A stretch of 64,000 nt of DNA from assembly GCA_030654175.1 (NCBI GenBank), contig JAURXZ010000030.1, forward strand, positions 653,510-717,509, given 5' to 3'. The notes beneath the pieces were generated by a model that was not told where the DNA came from, did not search any database, and saw nothing but the letters and a program-made list of their open reading frames with translations. The DNA comes from Bacteroidia bacterium (GTDB lineage: Bacteria > Bacteroidota > Bacteroidia > 2-12-FULL-35-15). Position numbers and translations under genes: made by a program. This document shows positions 1 through 12,100 of the stretch, in pieces; the stretch's first letter is position 1, and the number at the start of each line of letters is the position of its first letter.

Positions 1-1067
1 CTGCGATTTTTTTCTTCAGCAATTGCTTGCTGTTTTTCATTCTCGGCTTTTGTTGCGGCTTCTTTTTTATCAAATTCGTAATTCATTTCCTTACGGACAA
101 GCTCTTTTTTGTTTTCCTGGCTGAAAATAGTGTCTTTTAATGCAACTGCATTTTTGTAATGAACAAGCGCAAGTTCAAAACGGTTGGTTTTGGAAAAGAG
201 ATTGGCAAGGAAATTTTCGACATTCATTTCTTCCTTCATCGCTCCAATTTCCTTATCCATTGCCAATGCATCCAACAGATATTTTTCGGCTTGCGCATAT
301 TTTTTTGTATTTGTATATAAGGAGCCTATATTTCCGAGATGTCTTGCAATTCCATTTTTATCTCCAATTTCATTCGCTATTTTCAATGCCTTAAAATAAT
401 ATTCCAATGCCTTGTCGAAATATCCTTGATTTTCATAAACCTTTCCAATGTTGCCCAGTGTGTTTGCAATTTCTGCTTTATTTCCCAATGATTCTTTCAT
501 CTTCAGGGCTTTGAAATAATAATCCAGTGCTTTAGGGAAATCACCCAGATCCCTGTAAACACTTCCGATGTTGCCGAGCCAGATTGAAACATGATTTGTA
601 TTGCCCTGTTCTTTCGCCATTTTCAATGCCTTAAAACCATAGTCCAATGCTTTGGGATAGTCGGCCTGATCGTTATAGATAATCGCGATATTGCCAATTT
701 GTTTTGCCATTCCAATCTGATCATTCAACTCCTCGTATATATTTAAAGCCTTTAGCCAAAACTCCAGAGTTTTAAGGTAGTCGCCCTGATAATAATATAT
801 TATGCCAAGGATGTTGTAAGTATTTGCAAGTTCATTTTTATATGGAGGATTTAATTGTTTGGCAAGTTCCAAAGCAACGTTTCCATAATGAATAGCGGAA
901 TCGTAAAGTCCTCTGATCCGGAACTCCCCGCATAAATTGTTTAAATGAATTACTTTGTTGATGTCTGCTTTATCCTTTTTGAGCAGAGTTTGGATGGAAT
1001 CAATATTTTTATTTTGGCCTTTAAATGAAGCGGGGAAAAGAAAAAAAACAAACATAATGTATAACAT
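1..1067 (-). CDS. TPR-repeat / SpoIIE-type PP2C phosphatase paralog; only the N-terminal part lies in the window (gene 3' end beyond coordinate 1)
   Basis: Reverse strand translates from ATG at 1067 as MLYIMFVFFLFPASFKGQNKNIDSIQTLLKKDKADI, matching the N-termini of the downstream paralogs (QNQNIDSIQILLKKD). Bases 1-90 translate to MNYEFDKKEAATKAENEKQQAIAEEKNR, the coiled-coil segment that precedes the TM helix in the paralogs. Absent from the ORF track because it runs off the window edge. Confidence 0.6.
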   Translation of the reverse strand, partial: MLYIMFVFFLFPASFKGQNKNIDSIQTLLKKDKADINKVIHLNNLCGEFRIRGLYDSAIHYGNVALELAKQLNPPYKNELANTYNILGIIYYYQGDYLKTLEFWLKALNIYEELNDQIGMAKQIGNIAIIYNDQADYPKALDYGFKALKMAKEQGNTNHVSIWLGNIGSVYRDLGDFPKALDYYFKALKMKESLGNKAEIANTLGNIGKVYENQGYFDKALEYYFKALKIANEIGDKNGIARHLGNIGSLYTNTKKYAQAEKYLLDALAMDKEIGAMKEEMNVENFLANLFSKTNRFELALVHYKNAVALKDTIFSQENKKELVRKEMNYEFDKKEAATKAENEKQQAIAEEKNR

Positions 1068-1141
1068 TTGTTTGGATTTGCATCGTGGGTAAAAAGTATA
1101 GAATTTGTGTAGAATCATTTTAGTGTGTTTTTTCAAAAAGG

Positions 1142-3358
1142 TTACACTCTTACCCCAAACACACAAACATCATCTATCTGCTCTAAAGAACCTTTCCATT
1201 CGGTGAAATGATTTTTCAAAATTTCTTTTTGGTCATTCATTGGTAGTTGAGTATTCGCGACTATCAAATCTTCAAGTTGTTTGTATTTGAATTTTTTACC
1301 TTTAGGTCCACCAAACTGATCGGCATAACCATCGGAGTAGAGGTAAATGCTATCACCTTTTTGCATTTGTATTTCATTATTTGTGAAAGGGCGACTTTCA
1401 GGATAATAACCAATTGGCTGCTTGTCAGCTTTTATTTCTTCTAACTTTCCATTTCTAATTAGGTTGAGTGCATTATTGGCCCCTGCCCATTGTAATTCAC
1501 TGGTCTTAAGGTTAAGTCTGCACAAAGAAATATCCATACCATCTTTACTACCACCCGCTTCACCTGTTTGTCTAAGTTCATTAACAACTTTATCACGGAG
1601 TTGATTGAGGATATCGGCTGGATTTAATAAATGTTCCGATGCAACAATACCATTTAAAAAAGAAATGCCAAGCATACTCATAACCGCTCCCGGGACACCA
1701 TGCCCTGTGCAATCAACAGCAGCAAAGTACCAATGCCCTTGCTTTTCGACTCCCCAGTGAAAATCACCACTTACAATATCTTTTGGCATAAAAAGGATAA
1801 AATGTTCGGGCAGGTGAATGCTGATATGTGCTTTTTCACCCATCAAGGCATCCTGTATTCGTTTAGCATAACGAATACTGTCAGTGATATCTTTGTTTTT
1901 TTCCTCAATTATTTTTTTCTGGTTTTCGGTTTCTATATTCTTGATTTCTATTGTTTGTTTTTGTTTACGGGTTTTACGGAGTGAGCGAAAAATAAAACCT
2001 GCAAAAGCAAGGATTATCAACAAACCAGAAACAATTGACCGGGTTATGATTTTTTGTTTTCGGTTATTTTCTTCAGCAACGGCCTGTCGAATTTCACTCT
2101 CCTCTTTTATTAAGGCTTCTTTTTTTTCAAATTGATAATCCAACCCTTTTTTGATAAGTTCTTTTCTATTGGCCTCATTAAATAAACTTTTTTTCATTTC
2201 ATTGGAACGTTTTAAATAATAGAGTGCATACAATCTTGTTTTTTCCAGATTTAAAAGTTTATCACCAACGCTGTCAGGCAATGGAATGTTAGCCTTTTTG
2301 TAGAGGTCACTTAACACTTCGTAATCCTCTTTTACCCCTTCTTTAAAGCCAATGAAATTATCAAGATAGAGAGCGCGATGAAGGTAGCTTGACGATTCTA
2401 TATATTTCTTTTGTTCTAAATACAGCGAACCGATATTGCTCAACCAGGCTGCGGTTTCATTTTTATCTCCAAGCTCTTCGGCCATCTTCAATGCTTTGGA
2501 ATAACAATCGAATGCATCAGTATAATTCCCCTTTTTCTTATATATAGTTCCAATGCAGCCGAGTTGATTCGCAATATATTTTTTATTTCCAAGTTCTTTT
2601 GCGACACCCAATGCCTTAAAATAGCAGTTCAATGCTTTTGGATAATCTCCTTGTATTGAGTAGACATTGCCTATGTTTCCAAAATGCCTTACTATACTAT
2701 TTTTATCTTCTAGCTCTTCGGCCATCTTTAATGCTTTAAAATAGTAGTCCAATGCTTTAGGATAATCACGTTGGTTTTTATAAATAATTCCAATATTGCC
2801 TAAATGTCTTGCTATCCCGCTTTTATCTTCGATCTGTTCGGAAATTTTCAGTGCCCTTAAATAATAGTCCATAGTTTTTGTAAGGTCGCCTTCTTTTGAA
2901 TATACAAGTCCTAAATTACCTAAACTAGTGGCTATACCCATTTTATTGCCAAGTTCTTCATCGAGCCTTAACGCTTTATTATGAAAATCAATTGCACTGG
3001 AATATTCGGATTTAAGGAAATAAAAATTACCTAAGTTGCCATAGGTTTTGGCAAGGAGGGTTTTAGTATATTTTGTCTTTTCTGCCGGAGAAGGAAGTTG
3101 GTTAATGACATCAAGTGCCAGCTTGCTGAGGATTATTGATGTGTCAGGGTTTTGAAACATTAACAGCCGGCTCAGGGCGTTGAGGTGATTTACTTTATTT
3201 GTGTCGGATATATCTTTTTTAAGAAGTATTTGAATTGAATCAATGTTTTGGTTTTGAGCTTTTAAGGGATTTGTTAAATAAAAACAAGCAAATAAAATGG
3301 AAAGCAAGAGTATTCGGTTGCTGTAGAAGTGAAAATAAAAAAACCTTTGCACAATCAT
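1142..3358 (-). CDS. Tetratricopeptide-repeat sensor protein with single TM helix and C-terminal PP2C-family serine phosphatase (SpoIIE/RsbU-like) domain
   Basis: 738 aa. N-terminal signal-like hydrophobic segment, ~8 TPR units (recurring LGN.G..Y...G.Y.KAL.YY.KAL pattern), TM segment IVSGLLIILAFAGFIF, coiled coil, then PP2C/SpoIIE motifs (SGDFHW..., AAVDCTGHGVPGA, YSDGYADQFGG). Confidence 0.85.
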   Translation of the reverse strand: MIVQRFFYFHFYSNRILLLSILFACFYLTNPLKAQNQNIDSIQILLKKDISDTNKVNHLNALSRLLMFQNPDTSIILSKLALDVINQLPSPAEKTKYTKTLLAKTYGNLGNFYFLKSEYSSAIDFHNKALRLDEELGNKMGIATSLGNLGLVYSKEGDLTKTMDYYLRALKISEQIEDKSGIARHLGNIGIIYKNQRDYPKALDYYFKALKMAEELEDKNSIVRHFGNIGNVYSIQGDYPKALNCYFKALGVAKELGNKKYIANQLGCIGTIYKKKGNYTDAFDCYSKALKMAEELGDKNETAAWLSNIGSLYLEQKKYIESSSYLHRALYLDNFIGFKEGVKEDYEVLSDLYKKANIPLPDSVGDKLLNLEKTRLYALYYLKRSNEMKKSLFNEANRKELIKKGLDYQFEKKEALIKEESEIRQAVAEENNRKQKIITRSIVSGLLIILAFAGFIFRSLRKTRKQKQTIEIKNIETENQKKIIEEKNKDITDSIRYAKRIQDALMGEKAHISIHLPEHFILFMPKDIVSGDFHWGVEKQGHWYFAAVDCTGHGVPGAVMSMLGISFLNGIVASEHLLNPADILNQLRDKVVNELRQTGEAGGSKDGMDISLCRLNLKTSELQWAGANNALNLIRNGKLEEIKADKQPIGYYPESRPFTNNEIQMQKGDSIYLYSDGYADQFGGPKGKKFKYKQLEDLIVANTQLPMNDQKEILKNHFTEWKGSLEQIDDVCVFGVRV

Positions 3359-3376
3359 TTTTATTACTTTTTTATA

Positions 3377-5455
3377 TTAAACTCTTACCCCAAATAAACA
3401 AACATCATCTACTTGTTCTAAAGAGCCTTTCCATTGTATGAAATTTTTTTTATAAATTTCTTTTTGATCCTTCAACAATAAATGGTTATTCGCTAAAATC
3501 AAATCTTCAAGTTGTTTGTACTTGAATTTTTTTCCTTTAGGGCCGCCAAACTGATCGACATAACCATCGGAATAAATGTAAATGCTGTCTCCTTTTTGCA
3601 ATTGTATTTCATGATTTGTGAAAGGGCGACTTTCAGGGTAATAACCAATTGGCTGTTTATCAGCCTTTATTTCTTCTAACTTTCCATTTCTAATAAGGTT
3701 GAGTGCATTATTGGCTCCAGCCCATTGCAATTCATTGGTTTTAAGATTTAGTTTACACAGGGAAATATCCATCCCGTCTTTGCTGCCGCCCTCTTCCCCG
3801 GTTTGTCGTAATTCTTTAATGACTTTATCGCGTAACCGATTAAGAATTTCGGCAGAGCTTAATAATTCTTCCGAAGAAATAATGTCATTAAGGAAAGATA
3901 TGCTAAGCATACTCATTATCGCACCAGGGACACCGTGGCCGGTACAATCAACAGCTGCAAAGTACCAATACTGTTGTTTTTCAGCTCCCCAATAAAAATC
4001 TCCGCTTACAATATCCTTTGGCATAAAAAGAATAAAATGCTCAGGCAGATGCATGCTTGTATGCTCTTCGTCTCTCAGTAATGCGCTCTGTATTTGTTTA
4101 GCATAATGGATACTGTCTGTGATGTCTTTATTTTTTTCTTCAATTATTTTTTTTTGAAGTTCGGTTTCGGCACTCTTGCTTTCAATTAGTTGTTTTTGTC
4201 TGCGAGTAATACGAAGTGTACGGAAAATAAAACCAGCGAACAATACCACTAATAAAAAACCAAAAGCAACAAAAAATATGATCATTTTTTGTTTTTGACT
4301 TTTTGCTTCTGCAACAGCTTGTTGTTTTCTGTTTTTTGCTTTTAATTCCTCTTCTTTTTTATCAAACTCATTATTCATCTCCTCGAGTTCAAGATTTTTT
4401 TTGAATTCGCTGCTAAAAATCAGATCTTCAATTGCAATATAATGTTGATAGTAATATATTGAACGCAAGCGCATTTGTTCCATATTTAGCAGTTCTCCGC
4501 CCACGCTATCAAGCAAAGGGATATTTGAACTTTCATAGAGGTTGCTTAAAGCCAAAAAAAGAGTTTTTTCTTCAACTTTTGCTCCCGTCTTTTTATTTAT
4601 TGCGAGTGCATTGTATAGATAATCGTAAGCTTTTCCGTAATTTTTTTGTTTAGTATAAATGGAGCCTATATAGACGAGCGTATTTGCTGTTTCCATTTCA
4701 TTGCCCAATTCTCTCTTCATATTTAATGCCCTAAAAGAATATTCTAATGCTTTAGGGTAATCTCCCGTACTTTCATATATGTTTCCTATAATATCAAGAG
4801 TCCTTGCTATGCTATTATTATTTCCGAGTTCTTCCTTAATCTTTAATGACTTCAAAGAGTAGTAAATCGCCTGGTGAAAATCGTGCATAGACAAATAAAC
4901 TCCTGCGATGTTATGCATAACAGCTGCAGCTAAGTTTTTATCATTTTGTTCTTGAGCCAAATTCAAAGCCTTGAAATAATAGTCTAATGCTCTGGGGTAA
5001 TTTAGTTGAAAAGCATAAGCAATCCCAATATTACAGAAGTTTTTGCTGATGCTTTTTTTGTTGCCGATTTCTTCATTAAGCTTTAATGCTTTTAAGGTAA
5101 AATCAAGTGCTCGCGGAAAGTCTGCTTTGTTCAAATGATAAACTCCAAGATTACCATAAGTATTTGCAAGCAGCGCAAATTTCCTTTTTCCTTTAATCGA
5201 GTTCAGGTGATTAATTATTTCAAGCGCCTGATTGCCCAGTAAAATTGAACTATCTAGGTTTTGATACATCAAAGCCCAGCCCAGGTCATTAAGGTGATTT
5301 ACCTTGCTAGAGTCTTCTTTGTCTTTTTTGAGAAGCGTTATCAGTGTGTCGATGTTTTTGTTTTGGGCAAATGAAGCCCCGCCCCAACCTTCTCCAAAGC
5401 GGAGGAAGAGTGAAAAAAGAATAAAAAGAAAAGAAATTTTATGATTGTATTTCAT
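3377..5455 (-). CDS. TPR / TM / PP2C (SpoIIE-type) phosphatase, paralog of 1142..3358
   Basis: 692 aa with identical architecture. The phosphatase domain is near-identical to its neighbour (SGDFYWGAEKQQYWYFAAVDCTGHGVPGAIMSML). The 4-nt ATGA overlaps the downstream ABM gene. Confidence 0.85.
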   Translation of the reverse strand: MKYNHKISFLFILFSLFLRFGEGWGGASFAQNKNIDTLITLLKKDKEDSSKVNHLNDLGWALMYQNLDSSILLGNQALEIINHLNSIKGKRKFALLANTYGNLGVYHLNKADFPRALDFTLKALKLNEEIGNKKSISKNFCNIGIAYAFQLNYPRALDYYFKALNLAQEQNDKNLAAAVMHNIAGVYLSMHDFHQAIYYSLKSLKIKEELGNNNSIARTLDIIGNIYESTGDYPKALEYSFRALNMKRELGNEMETANTLVYIGSIYTKQKNYGKAYDYLYNALAINKKTGAKVEEKTLFLALSNLYESSNIPLLDSVGGELLNMEQMRLRSIYYYQHYIAIEDLIFSSEFKKNLELEEMNNEFDKKEEELKAKNRKQQAVAEAKSQKQKMIIFFVAFGFLLVVLFAGFIFRTLRITRRQKQLIESKSAETELQKKIIEEKNKDITDSIHYAKQIQSALLRDEEHTSMHLPEHFILFMPKDIVSGDFYWGAEKQQYWYFAAVDCTGHGVPGAIMSMLSISFLNDIISSEELLSSAEILNRLRDKVIKELRQTGEEGGSKDGMDISLCKLNLKTNELQWAGANNALNLIRNGKLEEIKADKQPIGYYPESRPFTNHEIQLQKGDSIYIYSDGYVDQFGGPKGKKFKYKQLEDLILANNHLLLKDQKEIYKKNFIQWKGSLEQVDDVCLFGVRV

Positions 5456-5793
5456 TTGAATTCATAATCCCGTTCTACCAAACAAATACGGGTTTTGTAA
5501 TTTTTATACCAAATTGCTTTTCCATTTTTTTGAGCAACAAGATGTTCTGTATTCAATTTCCATTTTTTGATGGATTCCAGATCCTTCCAATATGAAACGG
5601 TGATTCCCAAATTTTCTCTCGCAAATTCTATCCCTAAAAATCCATCCTGTTGTTTGGCTAAGTTAATCATTCGTTCTGAAGTATCGGAATAACCTTCAAC
5701 TTCCTCGGTTCGCTCGGAAGTGAATATTACCGCATAATAAGGAGGTTTAGGTGTTTCAGCGAATAAATTCATATTTGTTATCGTATATAACAA
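5452..5793 (-). CDS. Small ABM-domain (antibiotic-biosynthesis-monooxygenase-like, ferredoxin-fold) protein
   Basis: 113 aa. The pattern YAVIFTSERTE...EGY...GFLGIE...SYWKDLESIKKWK...HLVAQKNGKAIW fits the ABM/Dabb domain. Start codon overlaps the stop of the upstream phosphatase gene (translational coupling). Confidence 0.5.
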   Translation of the reverse strand: MLYTITNMNLFAETPKPPYYAVIFTSERTEEVEGYSDTSERMINLAKQQDGFLGIEFARENLGITVSYWKDLESIKKWKLNTEHLVAQKNGKAIWYKNYKTRICLVERDYEFK

Positions 5794-5805
5794 ATATAAA
5801 AAAAT

Positions 5806-5843
5806 AAAGCGATAAGTTTTAAATGAATAAAACTTATCGCTTT
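5806..5843. other. Perfect 15-bp-stem hairpin (aaagcgataagtttt / aaaacttatcgcttt, 8-nt loop)
   Basis: Read directly in the 5794-6126 intergenic region, just upstream of the ABM gene start on the minus strand. It is AT-rich, so it may be regulatory rather than a terminator. Confidence 0.5.
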
Positions 5844-5983
5844 TAAAATTAACTATAAAAGTTTTGCTTCTATTCAGGAGCGCACCTCTATAAAACTTCT
5901 AAAAAAACAAACTGTTCCAAAGTTCCAAACTATGGAAATGTTCATCAACAAATTTGATTGCGTGAGGGGTTGTAGCGAAAATC

Positions 5984-6011
5984 CTTCTCCTCGCCTTTTA
6001 GCGAGGAGAAG
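5984..6011 (-). terminator. GC-rich hairpin (cttctcctcgc / gcgaggagaag) followed on the minus strand by a T-rich tract; candidate terminator of the A2M gene
   Basis: 11-bp stem and 6-nt loop read directly from sequence, ~120 nt downstream of the A2M stop on the minus strand. Confidence 0.5.
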
Positions 6012-6126
6012 ATTGAAGCGGAAAGCCAGACCCGCAGCACAGCGAAGGGGCACGCCCTAATAAATCCAATAATAAAAAACGTTTTTACAAAACCTGTTCA
6101 GCAGAACTATATCATTTTACAACAAA

Positions 6127-9100
6127 TTATTTTCCAACCTTCACTCTGATACCTTCTGAGTTGCTTGAAAACTCAGGAGCATACATACATTGAATGGAAG
6201 TAATGCCGTTTGAGAAATTACCATTATGTGTTACCACTAATGGGTATTCAAAAACATAGGTTCCTTTGGGTAACCGGTCAAAAAAGAAATTTGTTGCTGC
6301 ATCACGTGTACTTTCGTAATACCCTAAACCATCCTGCCATTTGTATCTTGAAATAACATTGGTTGGTTCAAAACCAGATGCACGCATATCTTTCATTTGT
6401 ACATATTCCATATCTCTATCAACACGCAACTCGATACGAACCTTAATTTTGTCTCCCACCTTCAATAACGTTTTTTCCGTTATAGGTTCTATCACGGGAC
6501 CGGCATCAGTGTTTTTTTGCAGGAACAATTGTTTCTTCAAATTCAATGGTGTTTTTGAAGGAGTGATCTTGTCCAACTGCTCAAAATATTGCCAATACAA
6601 AGCGCCCCAACTAACACCTTCATCTTTTTTCACAACTGTAACTTCACCCATTTTAGGATTAATATCACCTCCGCTCCAGGATGTTTTAAAATAACCCGTG
6701 CCTGCTTCCTGTTTTAAATCAGGCATTTTTTTAGGATCAATTTTTTGTTCACCCAAACTAATTTCCACATTGCTTTCTGTTGCTAACCAGTCTGTTCCCC
6801 TAAGCAACAATGCATACACCGCTTCAGTTGTTGCTTTAGTCGTTTTCCAATCCTGTGTTTGTTTTGATTTTAGTAACCATACTTTCAAATCATCCACTGC
6901 TTTTTTATCATTTGATACTTCATCAAACGCTTCGATCAAAAGCGCTTGTGCTTCAATCGGTGCCTGATACCAATAAAATCCATCATAATTCTCTTTCCAG
7001 TACATTCCCATTTCTTCGCTGTTCAGAGAGTTCTCTTTCAAGGATTTCATTATATCCTTAGGAGTTACTTTATCATCATAACGATGTAATGCCAATGCGA
7101 TCATTCCTTGCATATACCGGCTGTTTTGCAACCAATATTTTTTCTCCTGGCCTTTATAATAATCAAATGCTGTTTGATTACGATTGTCAATACTAATGTC
7201 CTTAAAATAACTGCGGGCATACAAGTATTGAATTTGCTGGTAACCTAAGTGATTATCATTAAGATGTGCTCTATCGTGTTTCAATATCCATTCATAATCT
7301 TCGCGAATACGATTATCCAGATACTTCACTCCCTCTTTCACCATATTCCATACGGTTGCATCATTATGAATATTTTTAATACCCAGGTGATCCAGATGCC
7401 CCATTCCTGTGATGATATGCTGCGTGATGTAACGATTATCAGGCATTCCTTCAAACCACGGCCACCCACCATTTGACGATTGCTGTTTTTGCAGTTTTTT
7501 TAACGCAACGGCCAACTCATTACTCATTTTATTTAAATCGAACAATACCGCAACACGTTTTTTGCGTTCCGTCTCATCTTTTGCATCCAACACCCATGGG
7601 GTTTCTTCAAGCATCAACGATTTTAATTCCTGATTTTTTTCCAAGTTGGATAGGAGCGCTTTTGAATCCGGAGTGTTTTTCCAGGAATCAAATACCGCTT
7701 TTATTTTTGGTGATGAGTTTGCAATATGCGAAGCAATGCTGTTTGCATAAAAACGTGAAAAAGTTTGTTCCGAACATTCATAAGGATATTCCATCAAATA
7801 TGGCAACGCTTGAACTGCATACCATGCAGGGTTTGCAGTAAACTCCAGCGTAAGTTTATGATTACGTAAAGTTGTGGAACCATTACTTTGATTAATCAGT
7901 TTTTCGAAACGGAATGTTTTGGTTTGGTTGTTTCGGATAGGCAATGGCATTGTTTCAGTAACCAGCATTCTGTTAGTTAATACAGGTAATGCCATTTCCT
8001 CTCCATCTGTAAAGTTCCCGGCCTTAGCAACCACTTTATAGGTGATGGCCCCTACACCTTCGGGAACAGTTATACTCCAGCTTAATGCAGAGCTTTGCCC
8101 TTTTTTAGATGTGAATGAAGTTTGCCCCTCTTTTGTAAGTTGGGCAGTAATATCCTTCATGGATGTTGCATCATAAAAATAGACCTGTGCGGTTCCTGTC
8201 AGATCGCCATCAGATAAATTTGAAATTTTTGTACTGAATTCCATTTTATCATTTTCACGAAAAAAACGAGGAGCGTTTGGTATTACCATCAAGTCTTTTT
8301 GCGTAACCAATTCTTTTTGAATAGTGCCAAATTTCAAATCTTTGGTATGTGCAAAACCCATCATTTTCCATTTGGTTAACGCCTCCGGAATAGTAAATTT
8401 TATTATTACATTTCCATCTTTATCTGTTTCCAGTTGAGGATAGAAAAAAGCTGTTTCAGCAAAATTACTTCGTGCAGCAACTTTTGACATGTCTTCTCCA
8501 CCGCCTGATTTTTCTTCGGGTTCCTGATTTTGTGATTCACCTGTGGAGGCTGTTGTAACATCATTAAGATAACCACTGTTGGAATCTTTTTTCGGTGATT
8601 CTTTTTTATCTTTACTATTTCCTGATAATTCACTTTCATCACTCTCTGCAGATTTTTCTTCGCGAGCCAAAGAACCACCCATTGCAGGAGCACTCATACT
8701 TCTGGATGCCATTTTTTGTCTGCGACCGCCTCCGCCTTCACCATCCATATCATCACCATAACCATAATAGCCATTACTATATCCGAACCAATTTAAATGA
8801 TCGTAATAACGGTATACACCTGATGGATATCTGTTCCACTCAATATTAAAAACCTGCGCATTCGCGGTACCAAAACCACTATTTACATCCCAATATAAAT
8901 TGGAATAATAATTATTGTAAATATCAAAATACCAATAATTGGGCTTAAAAGCATCTAATGACGCATCGTACAAGGTTGCCATCATTTCAGCCGCCAATTT
9001 ATCTCCTTTTTTATCTTTGATCTTTACTTTCCATTCTTCCTGCTGTCCGGGAAGTAATTTATTGCGGAAGGTTTCAAATTCAATATCCAATTCCTTATTT

Positions 9101-12100
9101 GTATATGGCACAGTAATCACACCATCGTGCATGTAGGACCGATTATTTTTTATAAATACACAATGAAAAGAAAAATTACCACGGTGTTTTTCTTCAACAG
9201 GAATTTCAATTAATTTCTGTTCTTTATTAAGTGTGATATACTCTTTTTTAACGATCTCGCCCTTGTGTTCTATTTCATAAAGCACTTTTACATTGTTTTC
9301 TTTTGAGCCGATCACAAACTGGGCTTTGGCGCCAGGTTCAACAGGACGAACAGTGATCATATTAAACCAATCAATATTGTTACCCGGCACTTCGCTTCCG
9401 CTGTTAGAATAAACAGTAAAATATTTTATTTCTTTCACATCTTCGCCATAGGCATCTTTACTATGTGCCTCCATAACATATACTCCCTTTTTCCATGTAT
9501 TAAGATTTGCGATCTTTACAGAGTCGTTCATATTTGGAGATGAAATTTTGCCACTTGCAGAAACTATTTCGGCCGTATTTTTAAATGCTTTTTCAAAAAC
9601 TTTTTCCCCTCGTACCCATTTGTACATATTGTTTTCGTCCTTGTACTCATCATTAGGAAAGGTTTTTTCAAATTCATCTTTACTCAATAAAAATTTATCG
9701 GGCTGAGTCCAGGCACGTGTACGATATGTTTTTTCAGGCTCTTTCAATTTATAGATCTCTACTTTGCCTTGTGCAGCCTGAAACTGACCACTCATATTGG
9801 TAGTAGAAATTGTAAAAGCCTCTTTATTTTCTTTCTCAAGCAAAGCCGGAATGTTTATATCAAGCGTCAATGCTGTGTATGCAACCCTCACATTCGTCTG
9901 TGAACTGTGTGTTTCACCATTGATATCGGTAACATCGGCATAAACCGTAAAGGAGTATGTTGGTTGATACGATTTAGGAATACTAAGATCGGGTTGCGCT
10001 TTAAAATCAATAAAAAAAGCACCTGTATCATTTGAAGTAGTAACACCGTTTGTAATTTCCATTTGCGGAGACTGAGGGTAATAACCTCTCCACCAATACC
10101 ACCAATAAGGGAAGGATGCATTTCTTACCACACGGTATTTTACTTCAGCACCATCAATTTTAGCGCCTGAATAGGCCTTAGCAAGGCCTTCAACTTTTAT
10201 CTTTTCGTCTAAACGAAAACTGCCTTTTACCGGATTAAAACTTACTTCGAACTTAGGACGCTTATACTCTTCCACCGAAAAATAAATAGATCCGCTACCA
10301 TTGCTTAAACTCATTTGCCCATTAAGAACCCCACTTGGCGTTGTGAATGAACCGTTGAAAGTACCATACTCATTGGTGGTTAAACTTACATCGGCCACTT
10401 TCTGAGAATTAACATCATAAAAAGTAACTGTAGTGGATGTTTTGGGCATTATTTCATTTGTTTCACCATCGGTATTAATCATTATGCCTTTGAAATAAAC
10501 GGTCTGTCCGGGTCTATAAATAGCCCTATCCATAAAGAAGAACGTTCTTGGTTGCTTGCGTTTTTCATCAATATATGTTTTGTACTGATAAATTGCATTG
10601 TCCGTTTGAAGACGATCTACCTCCACTTTACCATCCCCTGTGGCAGATGGAGCATTGTAAGAAAAATCCACACTAAAATTTCTATAATCACCAACCGGTG
10701 GAACATTAAAATATCCGGTTTCATCGCTTGTGAATTTTTCTGATCTTACATATTCATATTTACGTAAAGTGTAGTTGTATTTTTCGTAATACAATTGTGC
10801 GGATACTCCTTTCAATGGAGCGCCATTTTCACGGTGTTGTAAATAAAAATCATAACTGCCATTTGTCATTTTCCGATTTATATAGCTGATGTTTGACGAC
10901 CAGATCGGAGCATATGCCACACCATTTTTTTTATAAGAGAATGTTTTGTCAGACCCTATAAGTATCACATAATGTCCGAGTGGCAGTTCGGGTATTTTTA
11001 TTTCTGTGGAATGTGATTGATAATCTTCATCAACCGGTAACTCAATTGTCCATTCCTTTAATGGTGCAAGTTTTAAATATTGCTTGATCAATTGTTCGCC
11101 ATAATAACGTTCAACAGATCTATTATATTTATCAATATCCATTTGTGCAATGCGCACATAAACTGTTTTTACATTTTTATATGTTAAAAGCGCGCGGAAT
11201 GGTTGGTTAGGAAGCGCCACCTTATCTGTAATAAAATCAATGGAATGTTCATTTATCTGAGCTTTCAGCACTTCACAATTAATGGCACCATCACTCTTTG
11301 GATATTTTTTAATTACAGCATCACAAACCTCAAGCGCTTGCTTTTTCAACCACTTGTATTCCTCTGATTGCAAAGGCTTGTATTTATTACCTTGTTCAAA
11401 GTACACTTTAGCTATTTCATAACTTACTTCGGCTGAAGCTGGATTTGCGGCTAAACGTTTTTCCAGATTTTGTAATGCCTTCAGATATAAACTATCTTTT
11501 ATTTCCGAAACAGATTTGTTTTTTACAAATTTCAATCGTTTTAAGTCAACGTCAATTAAAGCGATCTCTCCATGTCCTTCCTTGTATGAAAAGGAGTTGG
11601 TTGCGGAGTGAAACTTTATAAGGTCCTGCAAAATTGTAAGCGCATAATATTTGGAAGACAAGGTGTCTTTTGTTTCAATTTTAAGTTTTGAGAACGACTC
11701 AAAATCATTAAAATAATTATTATCATTTAATTCGAATTTGTAAGCCGGACGAATGATGTCGGGCTCTTCGCTCATATAAAAATCAACGGCACGGTGTGCA
11801 ACAAAATCATATAAGGTTGGGCGAAATTTACGTGAGTTGTTGTTTTCTTTTACTAATATCTCATCGTAAATATTAAGAGGGGTGCGCTTTAAACTATCAA
11901 CACTTTCAAGTGAAGCCTGATAATTTTTTATGACCTGAGAAAAAATTGTTTTTAAATCCCAGGTAGTTATATCATCATTATCAAAATTAACAGTGGCTGT
12001 GCGGTTATAAAATTTCCAACGGTTGTTTTGATAATACTGCCAATAACTTTCGGCTATCATGGATTGCAAAACAGGCTTCACCGGATAGGTGGCTTCTTTG

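Noticed and set aside
140-399. Plus-strand ORFs 140..394 and 184..399
   Set aside because: They overlap the partial TPR/phosphatase paralog, which reads convincingly on the minus strand.
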